Assembly (NCBI GenBank): GCA_029881725.1
Contig: JAOUMB010000003.1
Coordinates: forward strand, 19,901-83,900
Direction: 5' to 3'
Source: Nitrospirota bacterium
GTDB lineage: Bacteria > Nitrospirota > JACRHL01
Length of the DNA: 64,000 bases
The notes below the pieces were generated by a model, which saw nothing but the letters and a program-made list of their open reading frames with translations, was not told the DNA's origin and did not search any database. Below, one piece after another: positions 56,458 through 64,000 of the stretch (its first letter is position 1; each line of letters begins with the position of its first letter). The position numbers were made by a program, and so were the translations under genes.

Positions 56458-57688
56458 TTCGTTCGACGTGCTGGTGATCGGCGCCGGTCCCGGTGGCTAT
56501 ATGTGCGCCCACCGGGCCCTGCAAAACGGCCTTTCCGTGGCGGTGGCCGACAACGGCCCGTCTGGCGGCGTGTGCCTGAACGCGGGCTGCATCCCCACCA
56601 AGGGTTTTTTGTTTGGCCCGCCGCAGGCGGGGGGGCTTGGGGAGCGGGTGCGGCAGAACGCGGCGGCCATCGGGCGGCTGCAAAAGGGGGTCGATTTTCT
56701 GCTCAAGGGGGCCACCCGTCTGGACGGGCGGGCGCGCCTTGTGGGTCCCGGCGTGGTGGATGTGGGAGGGGCGGAGATCCGTGGCCGGAACGTGGTCATC
56801 GCCACCGGCTCCCGCCCGCGCCCCCTGCCGGGGTTGCCGTTTGACGGGGTGCGCGTGCTTTCCAGCGATCACACGGTGGTGCTGGAGGCCGCGCCGGAAT
56901 CCATCGCCATCATCGGCGCGGGGGCGGTGGGGTGCGAGTTCGCCGAAGTGTTTTCCAATTACGGCAGCCGGGTGACGCTGATCGAAGCTCGGGACCGCCT
57001 CGTTCCCGAAATGGACCCGTGGCTTTCCAAGCAACTGGAACGCGCCTTTAAAAAACGCGGCATGATCGTGCAGACCGGCGTTGCCGTCGATCCGTCCGAA
57101 TTGGACGGGCCGGTGCTGGTGGCCATCGGTCGGCAGGCCAATGTGGAGGGATTGGGGCTGGAGACCGTTGGCCTGACCACGCCCAACGGCTTTATCCAGG
57201 TGGACGGCCACGGCGCAACCGGCGTGGCGGGCGTGTGGGCCATCGGCGACGTGACCGGTCCGCCGCAACTGGCTCACCGGGCCAGCCGCCAGGGGGAGAT
57301 TGCTGCCGACTGCATGGCGGGCAAGTCTCCGGCCTCGCTGGACCCGCTGGCGATTCCCGCCTGTGTTTACACCCACCCGCAACTGGCCCAGGTGGGCCGG
57401 GTGACCGGCGACGACCTGATCCTGGGAGAAGCCTTTTTCCGCGCCAACGGCTACGCGGTGGTAACCGACCGCACCGACGGCGGGGTGCGGCTGTTTGCCG
57501 AATCCGCCACCGGAAAGCTGACCGGGGCCTTGCTGGCCGGGCCGGAGGTGGCGGAGATGGTCGGCTTGATCAATGTGCTGATCGCGGCGGGGGTGACAAT
57601 GGCGCAGGCGCGGGAAACGGTGTTCCCGCACCCCACGCTGGCGGAGGTGGTGTGGGAGGCAGCCCGCGCGGCGGGCTCCGGTGGTTGA
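56450..57688 (+). CDS. compact dihydrolipoyl dehydrogenase-like pyridine nucleotide-disulfide oxidoreductase
   Basis: Contains VLVIGAGPGGY, the redox disulfide GGVCLNAGCIPTK, IIGAGAVGCEFA, WAIGDV, and the C-terminal HPTLAE. It has 412 aa, shorter than the usual ~465 aa. It overlaps the SGNH gene by 8 nt. Confidence 0.8.
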   Translation: MADSFDVLVIGAGPGGYMCAHRALQNGLSVAVADNGPSGGVCLNAGCIPTKGFLFGPPQAGGLGERVRQNAAAIGRLQKGVDFLLKGATRLDGRARLVGPGVVDVGGAEIRGRNVVIATGSRPRPLPGLPFDGVRVLSSDHTVVLEAAPESIAIIGAGAVGCEFAEVFSNYGSRVTLIEARDRLVPEMDPWLSKQLERAFKKRGMIVQTGVAVDPSELDGPVLVAIGRQANVEGLGLETVGLTTPNGFIQVDGHGATGVAGVWAIGDVTGPPQLAHRASRQGEIAADCMAGKSPASLDPLAIPACVYTHPQLAQVGRVTGDDLILGEAFFRANGYAVVTDRTDGGVRLFAESATGKLTGALLAGPEVAEMVGLINVLIAAGVTMAQARETVFPHPTLAEVVWEAARAAGSGG

Positions 57689-57706
57689 GCCCAAGCGGGC
57701 GACACG

Positions 57707-58105
57707 TTACACCATCCGCAAAAACAACACCCTGGCCACCAGCAGCGTGAGCAGAAAACAGAACGCCACCGGCACGTGGAAGCGGCTGATTTTGTACCAC
57801 CCCATGGTCTTGAAGAAGCCGAACATGGCGGTCACGCAGTACATGCCCATGGACAGGTTCAAAAACACCGTGTGCAGGGACTTGAGGTCCGCATCCGGCG
57901 CAAAGGAGGGGTCGCTGGCGCCGATGGCGTGCAGGGCCTGAAACTGGAAGAACAGGGCGATAAAATCGGCCATGAACCCGGCGATGGTCAGCACGATGTG
58001 CGGGGTGCGCCCGATCCTGCGCTTCCAGATCAGAAAGCCCGCCAGCAGGTAGCAGGTAAACGAAACCAGCCACACGGCCACCACCGGTATCAGCGCACTG
58101 TGCAT
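57707..58105 (-). CDS. hypothetical four-helix membrane protein
   Basis: The internal ATG (MHSALIPVVAVWLVSF...) gives four hydrophobic segments. No family was recognised. Confidence 0.45.
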   Translation of the reverse strand: MHSALIPVVAVWLVSFTCYLLAGFLIWKRRIGRTPHIVLTIAGFMADFIALFFQFQALHAIGASDPSFAPDADLKSLHTVFLNLSMGMYCVTAMFGFFKTMGWYKISRFHVPVAFCFLLTLLVARVLFLRMV

Positions 58106-58344
58106 CGACTTCTCCCGAATTCGCACGACCGGGAACCCCGGCTCAGGCGCCCGACTATACGGTTCCGCCCTCTTCCGGCGCAAGGCGCGCACCGGGCCGG
58201 GGGCGATTGCGCCCACGGCCCGCAAACCCCCGCCATTCTTGACGGAAACGTGACCGGTGTGGTACCGTTCCGCACTTATATCCGGGGGGTCGGCATGGGC
58301 GCCGGACCCACCCGGAAACCGATTTTTTCCTATTAGCCGGGTGT

Positions 58345-59814
58345 TTGGGCATGTTGAACGAGTCTCTTGAAACGGGATTGACCTTTGACGACGTGGTGCT
58401 GATCCCGGCCCGCTCCGAGGTGGTTCCGGCCGAAGTCAATACCTCCGCCCGCCTCACCCGCGACATCACCCTCAACATCCCGGTGCTGTCCGCCGCCATG
58501 GACACCATCACCGAGGCCGAAATGGCCATCGCCATGGCCCAGCACGGCGGCATCGGCATCGTCCACCGGGCGTGCCCCATTCCGCAGCAGGCCCGCGAGG
58601 TGGAAAAGGTCAAGAAGTCGGAGGGCGGCATGGTGGTCGATCCAATCACCGTCGGCCCCGACCGCCCCATCGGCGAGGCCATCGCCATGATGGCCGCCAA
58701 CAGCATCTCCGGCATCCCGGTGGTGGAGGGCGAACGGCTGGTGGGCATCCTCACCCGCCGCGACCTGCAGTTTGAAGAGCAGATGGACCGCTTGGTGCGC
58801 GATGTGATGACCCATGAAGGGCTGGTCACCACCCCCCTGGGCACCACCCCGGACGAGGCCAAGGCCCTGTTCCGCCGCCACCGGGTGGAAAAACTACCGG
58901 TGGTGGACGACAGCGGCAACCTGCAAGGGCTGTTCACCATCAAGGATGTGGAAAAGAAGCTCCAGTTCCCCAATGCCAGCAAGGATTCCCAGGGCCGCCT
59001 GCGGGTGGGCGCCGCGGTGGGGGTGGGGGCCGACGCCATGGATCGGGTGCAGGCCCTGTTCCGCGCCGGGGTGGACGTGGTGGTGGTGGACACCGCCCAC
59101 GGCCATTCCATTCACGTGCTCAATCAGGTGCGCGAGGTGAAGGCCGCATTCCCGGATCTGCAGGTGATCGGCGGCAACATTGCCACCGGCGAGGCCGCGC
59201 TGGACCTGATCAAGGCCGGTGCCGACGGCGTCAAGGTGGGCGTGGGTCCCGGCTCCATCTGCACCACCCGCATGGTGTCCGGCGCCGGCATGCCGCAGCT
59301 GACCGCCATCGCCAACGTGGCCAAGGCGTGCGCCAAGAAGGGCATTCCGGTGATCGGCGACGGCGGCATCAAGTATTCCGGCGACGTGACCAAGGCCATC
59401 GTGGGCGGCGCCGACTGCGTGATGATGGGCTCCTATTTCGCCGGCACCGACGAGTCGCCGGGCGAGGTGATCCTGTTCCAGGGGCGCCGCTTCAAGTCGT
59501 ACCGGGGCATGGGCTCGCTGGGGGCCATGGAAAAGGGCAGCAAGGACCGCTATTTCCAGGAGGGCACCGAGTCCAACAAGCTGGTGCCCGAGGGCATCGA
59601 GGGGCGCGTGCCGTACAAGGGCACCGTGGGCGACGTACTCTACCAGCTGGTGGGCGGCCTGCGTTCCGGCATGGGCTACCTGGGGTGCAAAACCCTTCCG
59701 GAACTGCAAAAGAACGGGCGCTTCATCCGCCTGACCCACTCCGGGCTTATCGAGTCCCACGTGCACGACGTGATCGTGACCAAGGAAGCCCCCAACTACC
59801 AGCGGGAGTCGTGA
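58345..59814 (+). CDS. guaB: IMP dehydrogenase
   Basis: Contains LTFDDVVLIP, a CBS pair, GVGPGSICTTR and GGIKYSGD. Confidence 0.97.
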   Translation: MGMLNESLETGLTFDDVVLIPARSEVVPAEVNTSARLTRDITLNIPVLSAAMDTITEAEMAIAMAQHGGIGIVHRACPIPQQAREVEKVKKSEGGMVVDPITVGPDRPIGEAIAMMAANSISGIPVVEGERLVGILTRRDLQFEEQMDRLVRDVMTHEGLVTTPLGTTPDEAKALFRRHRVEKLPVVDDSGNLQGLFTIKDVEKKLQFPNASKDSQGRLRVGAAVGVGADAMDRVQALFRAGVDVVVVDTAHGHSIHVLNQVREVKAAFPDLQVIGGNIATGEAALDLIKAGADGVKVGVGPGSICTTRMVSGAGMPQLTAIANVAKACAKKGIPVIGDGGIKYSGDVTKAIVGGADCVMMGSYFAGTDESPGEVILFQGRRFKSYRGMGSLGAMEKGSKDRYFQEGTESNKLVPEGIEGRVPYKGTVGDVLYQLVGGLRSGMGYLGCKTLPELQKNGRFIRLTHSGLIESHVHDVIVTKEAPNYQRES

Positions 59815-59896
59815 TCCCGCGCGGCACTTTACTGGTACTCAACCCGCCGGGTGCGTGATGCCTGGTTAAATTCCCCCCTTTTACTGGCAGCACCTC

Positions 59897-61441
59897 ATGG
59901 CCGTACACGAAGACAACATCCTGATCCTCGATTTCGGGTCCCAGTACACCCAGTTGATCGCCCGGCGCATCCGCGAGTTCAACGTCTACTCCGAAATCCT
60001 TCCGTGTACCGCCACTCTGGACGAAATCAAATCCAAACAGCCGAAGGGCATCATCCTGTCCGGCGGACCGTCCAGCGTGTATGCCAAGGACGCCCCCAAG
60101 CCGGACTTCGGCCTGTTTGACCTGGGGGTGCCGGTGCTGGGCATCTGCTATGGCATGCAGCTCATTACCGATCACTTCGGCGGCCACGTGGCGGCGGCCA
60201 CCCATCGGGAATTCGGCCGCGCCGAACTGACCATCGACCACGCCGCCGGCCTGTTCGACACCCTGGGCGGCCACAGCACCGTGTGGATGAGCCACGGCGA
60301 CCGCATCGACCGCCAGCCGGAAGGGTTCGTGCCCATCGCCCACACCGCCAACGCCCCGGTGGCCGCGTTCTGGAACGAGCAGCGCCGGGTGTGGGGGTTG
60401 CAGTTTCATCCGGAGGTGGTGCACACCCCGGACGGCACCACCATGCTGGAGAACTTCGCGTTTACCATCTCCGGCTGCAAGCCAAGCTGGACCATGTCCA
60501 ACTTCGTGGAATCGGAAATCGCCCGCATCCGCGAGCAGGTGGGCGCCAGCCAGGTGATCTGCGCCCTGTCCGGCGGGGTGGACTCCTCGGTGGCGGCGGT
60601 GCTGGTGCACAAGGCCATCGGCGACCAACTCACCTGCGTGTTCGTGAACAACGGCCTGCTGCGCAAGGGCGAAGCCGAAAAGGTGGTGGCCACCTTCCGG
60701 GACCACATGGGCATGAAGCTGGTGTTCGCCGACGAGGCCGACCGGTTCATGAAGCGGCTGGCCGGGGTGACCGACCCGGAGCAGAAGCGCAAGATCATCG
60801 GCAACGTGTTCATCGACATTTTCGATGCTGAGGCCGCCAAGCGCGACGATGTGGATTTTCTGGTGCAGGGCACCCTGTATCCGGACGTGATCGAGAGCAT
60901 TTCCTTCAAGGGCCCCTCGGCCACCATCAAGACCCACCACAACGTGGGCGGCCTGCCGGAGGACATGAAGTTCTCCCTGATCGAGCCGTTCCGCGAACTG
61001 TTCAAGGACGAGGTGCGCGCCATCGGCCGCGAACTGGGCGTGCCTCACGAGATCATCAGCCGCCAGCCGTTCCCCGGCCCCGGCCTGGGCATACGCATTC
61101 TGGGCGAGGTGACCGCCGAACGGGTGGCCCTGTTGCAGGAGGCGGACGCCATCGTGCTCGAGGAGGTCAAGGCCGCCGGGCTGTACGAGAGCATCTGGCA
61201 GTCCTTTGCCGTGCTGCTGCCGGTGAAAAGCGTGGGGGTGATGGGTGACGAGCGCACCTACGAAAACGCCGTGGTGCTGCGCGCGGTGAACTCGGTGGAC
61301 GGCATGACCGCCGACTGGGTCCACCTGCCGTACGACCTGCTGGCCAATATCTCCAACCGGATCATCAACGAGGTGCGGGGGATCAACCGGGTGTGCTACG
61401 ACATTTCGTCCAAGCCCCCCGGCACCATCGAGTGGGAGTAG
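59897..61441 (+). CDS. guaA: glutamine-hydrolysing GMP synthase
   Basis: It has a GATase domain (GICYGMQ), an ATP-PPase motif SGGVDSSV, and the C-terminal KPPGTIEWE. Confidence 0.97.
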   Translation: MAVHEDNILILDFGSQYTQLIARRIREFNVYSEILPCTATLDEIKSKQPKGIILSGGPSSVYAKDAPKPDFGLFDLGVPVLGICYGMQLITDHFGGHVAAATHREFGRAELTIDHAAGLFDTLGGHSTVWMSHGDRIDRQPEGFVPIAHTANAPVAAFWNEQRRVWGLQFHPEVVHTPDGTTMLENFAFTISGCKPSWTMSNFVESEIARIREQVGASQVICALSGGVDSSVAAVLVHKAIGDQLTCVFVNNGLLRKGEAEKVVATFRDHMGMKLVFADEADRFMKRLAGVTDPEQKRKIIGNVFIDIFDAEAAKRDDVDFLVQGTLYPDVIESISFKGPSATIKTHHNVGGLPEDMKFSLIEPFRELFKDEVRAIGRELGVPHEIISRQPFPGPGLGIRILGEVTAERVALLQEADAIVLEEVKAAGLYESIWQSFAVLLPVKSVGVMGDERTYENAVVLRAVNSVDGMTADWVHLPYDLLANISNRIINEVRGINRVCYDISSKPPGTIEWE

Positions 61442-61466
61442 TCCCGCCTGAACCACGGAGGGGGTG

Positions 61467-62744
61467 ATGCGCGAGGGAATCATTGTGGTGCTGGTGCTGG
61501 CCGGGTTGTGGCTGGTGATGCCGCCCCGGTCGAAGGACACGGGGGACGTCGCGGTCGCTCCGGCTCCGGAACCGGCTGGGGATGCATCGTCCCCCCAGGG
61601 CGTGCTGGCCCCCCAGGAAGAATGGATGGTGATTGCCGGGGTCACCGGGCAGGAGGCTGTGGCGACGGGCGCCGCGGCGGATGCGGCGGCCGCGAGCGAA
61701 GCATACAGCCGCGGGATCACGGCGCTCGAAAGCGAACGCTTTTCGGAGGCCGCCTCGTCCCTTGAGGCGGCCCGGAATGCGGGCGATCGTCGGGCGCTGG
61801 TGCCGCTGGCGGTGGCCCTGTGGAAGGCCGAGCGCCTGCGGGACGCGGTCAATGCGATCCGCAACGCGGCGGTGGAGCAGCCGGAAAATCCCGATGTATG
61901 GCTGGTGATGGGCGAGGTGATGGAGGCCGTGGGCGATCTGCAGGCCGCGGTGGATGCCTGGGAGCATCTGCGCACCCTGCGTCCCGACTCCCGGCTGGAC
62001 GAGCGCATCCGCCGCGCGCGGGCCGACCTGAAGGTGCGCGACCGGTGGCGCAGCCAGGTGTCGCGCAATTTCTCGGTGTTCTTCGAGGGGCCGGTGGCGT
62101 CTCAGGTGGCGCACACCACTCTGGACGCCCTGGAGGATGCCCGCCGCGATGTGGGGGGGGTTCTCCATTACTATCCGGGTCGGCCGATCGAGGCGGTGTT
62201 GTATACCCGCGAATCCTTTTTTGACGTGACCCGCTCTCCGGCCTGGTCCGGCGGAGTTTTCGACGGCCGGGTGCGGTTGCCGGTGTCCGGCGCCACCGAC
62301 CCCGGCGAGTTGCGCCGGGTGGCCACGCATGAATACGTGCATGCGGCCCTCCACAGCATGGCCGGAGACACCATTCCCACCTGGCTGCACGAGGGGATGG
62401 CCATGAACCTGGAGGCCGACGAGCCTTCCTATGCGTGGGCCCGTTCCCTGCTCATGGATAGCGAGACGGTGCCCCTGAGCCTCGAAAAACTGGGCTGGCC
62501 CTTCCTCGCGCTGGACGAGGAGCAGGCGAATGTGGCCTATGCCCAGTCGTTCGTTCTGGTCAACTCGTTGCTGACCCGCTTCGGTCACTACAAGCTGCGT
62601 GATCTGGTAAACGGGCTGGCCACCGGGGATCAGCCGCTGGCCGATGTGTACCCGCGCATCTACCGGGAGACGCTGGAGCGCTCCATGGAGCGCGCGATGG
62701 CCGATTTGCGTACCCGGGAGGAGAGCGGTTGGCGGCGCTCCTGA
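61467..62744 (+). CDS. membrane-anchored TPR-like protein with HExxH peptidase-MA-like C-terminal domain
   Basis: It has an N-terminal TM helix (IIVVLVLAGLWLV) and TPR-like helices. It also contains ATHEYVHAALH with a downstream WLHEGMA. Confidence 0.55.
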   Translation: MREGIIVVLVLAGLWLVMPPRSKDTGDVAVAPAPEPAGDASSPQGVLAPQEEWMVIAGVTGQEAVATGAAADAAAASEAYSRGITALESERFSEAASSLEAARNAGDRRALVPLAVALWKAERLRDAVNAIRNAAVEQPENPDVWLVMGEVMEAVGDLQAAVDAWEHLRTLRPDSRLDERIRRARADLKVRDRWRSQVSRNFSVFFEGPVASQVAHTTLDALEDARRDVGGVLHYYPGRPIEAVLYTRESFFDVTRSPAWSGGVFDGRVRLPVSGATDPGELRRVATHEYVHAALHSMAGDTIPTWLHEGMAMNLEADEPSYAWARSLLMDSETVPLSLEKLGWPFLALDEEQANVAYAQSFVLVNSLLTRFGHYKLRDLVNGLATGDQPLADVYPRIYRETLERSMERAMADLRTREESGWRRS

Positions 62745-63316
62745 AGCGCATTCTACGGGGCGCCGTGAGCGCCCTGGTGGCCGTGTGGGTGCTGCTGGTC
62801 GCGGCCCCGGCGCTGGCGGCGGACGGAAAGGTGCGCGACCTGGTGGTGCGGGTGGCCGATGGGGAGGCCCACGTGACCGCCCGTCTGGAAGGGGGATTCC
62901 CCAAAAAAGTGGTGCGCCAGATTCGCAGCGGCGTGCCCCAGGACCTGTTTTACACCGTCACCCTGCGCCGCCGTCACCGCCGCTGGTTCGACGAGGAACT
63001 GGTGGCGCGCACGGTGCGCTATACGGTCAAGTTCGACACCCTGCGCAGCCGCTATCAGATTCGCCGTACCGGGCCGGACGGGGAGATCACGGAAAACGAG
63101 GCCACCACTTACGCGGAGGCGGTGGCGGCCCTGTCCGTTCTCGACCGGGTGGCGGTGCCGTTGCCAGAGACCGGTTCCGACTATACCCACTATGTCACGG
63201 TGAAGGCCGAAATGCGCGCCACGGCGCTGCCCCTGTATCTGGACTACGTGTTCTTTTTCGTGCCCCGCCTGGAATATGAAACCCCCTGGGCCCGCTCCGG
63301 GCCGGTTTCCCGCTGA
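62729..63316 (+). CDS. DUF4390-like exported protein
   Basis: TTG start after GGGAGGAG, and a signal peptide (ALVAVWVLLVAAPALA). It contains LFYTVTLRRRHRRWFDEELVARTVRYTVKFDTLRSRYQI. It lies immediately upstream of an NtrY-like kinase gene. Confidence 0.6.
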   Translation: MAALLKRILRGAVSALVAVWVLLVAAPALAADGKVRDLVVRVADGEAHVTARLEGGFPKKVVRQIRSGVPQDLFYTVTLRRRHRRWFDEELVARTVRYTVKFDTLRSRYQIRRTGPDGEITENEATTYAEAVAALSVLDRVAVPLPETGSDYTHYVTVKAEMRATALPLYLDYVFFFVPRLEYETPWARSGPVSR

Positions 63317-63321
63317 GCCCC

Positions 63322-64000
63322 ATGCACCCCGAGCAGCCGCCGCAAGCGGAAAACACACGCCGTATTCCCCAGGCACTGAAGGTGGCGGTGGGCGCCCTGC
63401 TGGCGCTGATGCTCATCACCCTGCTGGTGCTTTCCCAGGTGCGCGGCGAGGGGCGCGGCAACCTGTGGGTGTTGACCCTGGTCAACATGAACCTGATTCT
63501 GGCGGTGGTGGTGGCGCTGCTGCTGTCGCGCAATCTGGTCAAGTGGTTCTTCGAGGGGCAGCGGCTCAACTCCCTGCGTACCCGGCTGGTGGCAGCCTTC
63601 GTCGGCTTCACCCTGATCCCGGCGGTGCTGCTGTTTCTGGTGGCGTCGGAGATGATCACCAACAGCGTGGACGGCTGGTTCGCCCCCCAGGTGGAGCAGG
63701 CCATGAGCGAGGCCGCCCAGGTGGCCCGCGACCGGTACCGGGAAATGCGCCTGAAGGCGGCCTCCGATGCCCGCCGGGTGGCCTCCACCCTGCCTGGAGA
63801 CTGGCTGCTGGAGCACCCGGAGGCGGCCGCCGCCTGGCTGGAGGAACGGCGCCTGCTGTGGGGATTTTCCGGGCTGGCGGTACGTTCCGGTCCGAACGGG
63901 GAGCAGCATGTGACGGCGGGGGTTGTGGACCTGTCGGGCACCGGGCCGCCCGCGGAGGCCACCCGTGCCCTGCCCACTGCCGAAGGGGAACTGTTGCAGG
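63322..64000 (+). CDS. NtrY-like sensor histidine kinase, N-terminal part (runs off the window)
   Basis: My own translation from the ATG at 63322 stays open to the window end. It shows multiple TM helices and LRTRLVAAFVGFTLIPAVLLFLVASEMITNSVDGWF, typical of the NtrY N-terminal sensor region. Confidence 0.6.
   Translation, partial: MHPEQPPQAENTRRIPQALKVAVGALLALMLITLLVLSQVRGEGRGNLWVLTLVNMNLILAVVVALLLSRNLVKWFFEGQRLNSLRTRLVAAFVGFTLIPAVLLFLVASEMITNSVDGWFAPQVEQAMSEAAQVARDRYREMRLKAASDARRVASTLPGDWLLEHPEAAAAWLEERRLLWGFSGLAVRSGPNGEQHVTAGVVDLSGTGPPAEATRALPTAEGELLQ

Noticed and set aside
59747-62068. 773-aa minus-strand ORF opposite guaA and the TPR/HExxH gene
   Set aside because: It is antisense to GMP synthase, which is certain. 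Its composition is low-complexity R/A/G/H-rich, and it has no motif or plausible start context.

Overview
High-GC (about 62-68% by hand counts) bacterial chromosomal segment, mostly core genes packed tightly with many 1-4 nt overlaps. The minus strand carries a complete dcw cell-wall/division cluster, mraZ-rsmH-ftsL-ftsI-murE-murF-mraY-murD-ftsW-murG-murC-murB-ddl-ftsQ-ftsA-ftsZ (about 20.6-38.7 kb). It is followed by pgeF-yggS-proC-yggT-DUF167. Other core loci are pilB-pilT-pilC, dnaE-accA, guaB-guaA, map-sfsA, a FadD-like acyl-CoA ligase, msrA, an ABC-F ATPase, mtaB and a BolA/Grx pair. No rRNA, tRNA, CRISPR array or intact mobile element was recognised. Most long ORFs lying antisense to these genes are high-GC shadow ORFs and were rejected. 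The least ordinary parts are: (1) a secreted PLA2-like domain fused to FG-GAP repeats, with a DUF4911 ORF, appended to dnaE-accA and abutting a roughly 1 kb lower-GC island that holds frameshifted ORF remnants; (2) a nucleotide-pyrophosphatase-like plus endonuclease/exonuclease/phosphatase fusion protein convergent with pilC; (3) an ECF41-type sigma module (CMD-like gene, SigJ-like sigma and a matching TGTCACA-n16-CGTC promoter) that continues into a radical SAM gene, a repeat-structured leader and a 28-31 codon hydrophobic mini-ORF; (4) a frameshifted thrombospondin-type-3 lipoprotein gene; (5) four 10-bp-phased TGGGG-type boxes between a sigma70-like promoter and a re-assigned TTG start of mraZ. 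All family assignments are motif recognition by eye and need HMM or BLAST confirmation.
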